A DNA stretch of 64,000 bases from an uncultured Flavobacteriales bacterium. Lineage in GTDB: Bacteria; Bacteroidota; Bacteroidia; Flavobacteriales_G; NORP312. A program made the position numbers and the translations under genes. The stretch's first letter is position 1. Each line of letters begins with the position of its first letter. Location of the stretch: contig CAJQPE010000076.1 of assembly GCA_905480125.1 (NCBI GenBank), positions 3,306 to 67,305 on the forward strand. Direction: 5' to 3'. Under the pieces are notes generated by a model. The model did not search any database. It had not been told where the DNA came from and saw only the letters and a program-made list of their open reading frames with translations. Positions 62,074-64,000 of this stretch are shown one piece after another.

Positions 62074-62259
62074 AAATTAAGTTTGGGACTTTCAAATTTA
62101 CAAAAGAAAGCTCATTTAGCAACAGACTTCCGTTAAGGACTTTCTTAACAAAATTACCCCATAATTATTAAATCTAAACAGTATCAATTGGAATTATTGG
62201 CGCGCTAAAGTACTTGCCCATTTTAAAGCCTAACCTAGTAAATATTTAAATTTATAATT

Positions 62260-62450
62260 ATGCTAAACGGAACGGTAAAGTTTTAAAGAATTCAAAAGGA
62301 TTTGAATTCATCACTCCAGAAGAAGATGATAAAAATATATTTGTAAATGCAAATGGAATTAGTTGATGAAATTAACGAAAGTTAGAAAGTAACTAGGATT
62401 TAGAAGAAAGTCTTAAAGGATTATACGCAACAAATATTAAAATAATCTAG
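62260..62450 (+). pseudogene. Cold-shock protein (CspA family) pseudogene
   Basis: Across frames reads MLNGTVKF / SKGFEFITPEEDDKNIFVNANG / LVDEINES*KVT / DLEESLKGLYATNIKII*: three frameshifts plus an internal TAG. Confidence 0.85.
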
Positions 62451-62663
62451 AAATTACTTTCAACTTATTTTTTGTAAAAAGCCTATCTTCATTGATTGGA
62501 ATTTTTTATTTAGGCGTAGGCTCAAAATTAGCTAATTTCAGACTGCTAAAATAATGAACATATTAAATTGTTCATATAGTAAACCTATTATTTAGGTTCA
62601 AAAAATCGGCCACAATAGTTTTAGCTCCTGGACGTTCGATTAATTCTGTTAAATGCAAAGCAT

Positions 62664-62691
62664 AAAAAAGCCCCGCTTTAATGCGAGGCTT
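62664..62691 (-). terminator. Rho-independent terminator of the sigma-factor gene
   Basis: Minus strand AAGCCUCGC-AUUAAA-GCGGGGCUU-UUUU. Confidence 0.8.
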
Positions 62692-62714
62692 AATTTTTTG
62701 AAGCAATACCCTTT

Positions 62715-63575
62715 TTATAGATAATGCTTAAGTAATTTTGAATTTGATTTTTTACGTAACACACGCAATGCTTTTTCACGAATCTGACGAATTCTTTCTC
62801 TCGTTAAATCCATACGGTTAGCAATTTCTTCTAATGTCATTGGCGGCTCGCTGTTTAAGCCAAACGAATACTTAACAACGTCAGCTTCACGCGATTTAAG
62901 CGTAACCAAAATGCGATTTATGTCGTCACATAATGATTCATGCATTAATTTATCGTTTGGTGTACCAATATTGTTGTTACTTAAAACATTATATAAGCTA
63001 TTGTCCTCACCTTCAATTAAAGGTGCATCCATAGAAACTTGCTTTTGAGAGTATGAGAATAAATCTGCCACACTCTCTGAGTTTGTTTCCATTAGCTTAC
63101 TAATTTCCTCATTAGTCGGAGGTCTCTCGAACTGCTGCTCAAGCTTACTAAAAGCACCTGAAATTTTTTGAATGGCACTTACCTTATTTAATGGCAAACG
63201 CACAACTCTTGAATTTTCTGCAATTGCTTGCATAATGCTCTGGCGAATCCACCAAACAGCATAAGAGATAAATTTAAATCCTTTCGTTTCATCGAAACGT
63301 TTCGCCGCAGTTATTAGCCCAATATTACCTTCGGCAATCAAATCTTCTAGAGTAAGTCCATGACCTTGGTATTGTTTTGCCACTGAAATAACAAAACGGA
63401 GGTTTGCGCTTACCATTTTATTTAATGCTCTAGCATCTCCCTGCTTAATTTTAACGGCTAAGTTTACTTCCTCCTCTGCGTTAATCATCGATTCCTTAGA
63501 CACATCACTAAGGTATTTGTCGATAGACTTACTATCTCTGTTTGTTAGCTGTTTGGTAATTTTCAGTTGTCTCAT
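62715..63575 (-). CDS. RNA polymerase sigma-70 factor, Bacteroidota RpoD/SigA type (probably a diverged paralogue)
   Basis: MRQLKITK, ANLRFVISVAKQY, GFKFISYAVWWIRQ, LTRERIRQI; no region 1.1; -7 element TACATTTG at 63630-63637. Confidence 0.92.
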   Translation of the reverse strand: MRQLKITKQLTNRDSKSIDKYLSDVSKESMINAEEEVNLAVKIKQGDARALNKMVSANLRFVISVAKQYQGHGLTLEDLIAEGNIGLITAAKRFDETKGFKFISYAVWWIRQSIMQAIAENSRVVRLPLNKVSAIQKISGAFSKLEQQFERPPTNEEISKLMETNSESVADLFSYSQKQVSMDAPLIEGEDNSLYNVLSNNNIGTPNDKLMHESLCDDINRILVTLKSREADVVKYSFGLNSEPPMTLEEIANRMDLTRERIRQIREKALRVLRKKSNSKLLKHYL

Positions 63576-63684
63576 ATAACTTTTTTTTTCAACTACTTAC
63601 AAATTCAATTCACGAATTTTTCGGAAGTGCAAATGTACGTCATTTTTTCGATGGACACCTTTAGACGAAGGAATTACAAAAAGG

Positions 63685-63999
63685 TTATACTTTTTGTCGT
63701 AATTCTAATAAAGTTATTTCCGGAGAAATTCCAACACGACCAGCAAAGCCAATGTAGCCGAAGCCACGATTAACATATAAATGTTGCTTGTTTTCGGTAT
63801 AAAGGCCCGCCCATCTATGATAACGAAACTGGACAGGACTGAACTGAAAGGTCCCAATTTTCACCCCATATTGCATTCCATGTGTATGTCCTGCAAGGGC
63901 TAAATTAATATCTGTTTTTTCTAAAACTTGCTCATCCCAATGGGAAGGATCATGAGACATTAGTATTTTAAACGAATTAGAAACACTATTTTTCATTGT
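63685..63999 (-). CDS. Metallophosphoesterase (YkuE-like), C-terminal part (5' partial)
   Basis: MSHDPSHW, LAGHTHGMQYG, LYVNRGFG...RVG..PEIT; frame is open to the window edge. Confidence 0.88.
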   Translation of the reverse strand, partial: TMKNSVSNSFKILMSHDPSHWDEQVLEKTDINLALAGHTHGMQYGVKIGTFQFSPVQFRYHRWAGLYTENKQHLYVNRGFGYIGFAGRVGISPEITLLELRQKV

Positions 64000-64000
64000 T

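Noticed and set aside
62481-62598. Cluster of short palindromes (AAATTAGCTAATTT at 62525-62538, ATGAACA/TGTTCAT, AACCTA/TAGGTT)
   Set aside because: Short AT-rich arms are expected by chance; they share no consensus and are not regularly spaced, so this is not a CRISPR or REP array.

Overview
A 64-kb, AT-rich bacterial chromosome segment from the phylum Bacteroidota, probably Flavobacteriales-like. The assignment rests on the porP-gldKLMN locus, TAnnTTTG promoters, a MurF-Alr fusion and a short Bacteroidota-type sigma-70. Most of the window is core genome: kdtA, a nucleotide-sugar cluster (Wbp-like, ugd, uxs, rfbB), the T9SS/gliding motor, topA, miaB-bEBP-lptE-secG-groESL, purH-mreBCD-mrdA-rodA, hemD-rnpA-yidD-S41, murF/alr, tdk, rsmI, recJ and dnaG. 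I saw no rRNA, tRNA, CRISPR array or intact mobile element. Best candidates for undescribed systems: (1) a four-gene operon at 42906-45603 encoding a T9SS-secreted CxxCH Reeler-like protein, a CX4CH cytochrome-c-like lipoprotein, YceI and a DUF5777 beta-barrel, possibly an outer-envelope redox or lipid-quinone module; (2) a split 6TM + 7TM-methyltransferase pair at 38403-40708; (3) a putative sigma54 / receiver-less enhancer-binding-protein circuit controlling groESL through TGnCA-N3-TGnCA boxes. Also present are a decayed cold-shock gene missed by the ORF track and a diverged paralogue of the primary sigma factor. All family calls come from motif recognition by eye; no database searches were run.
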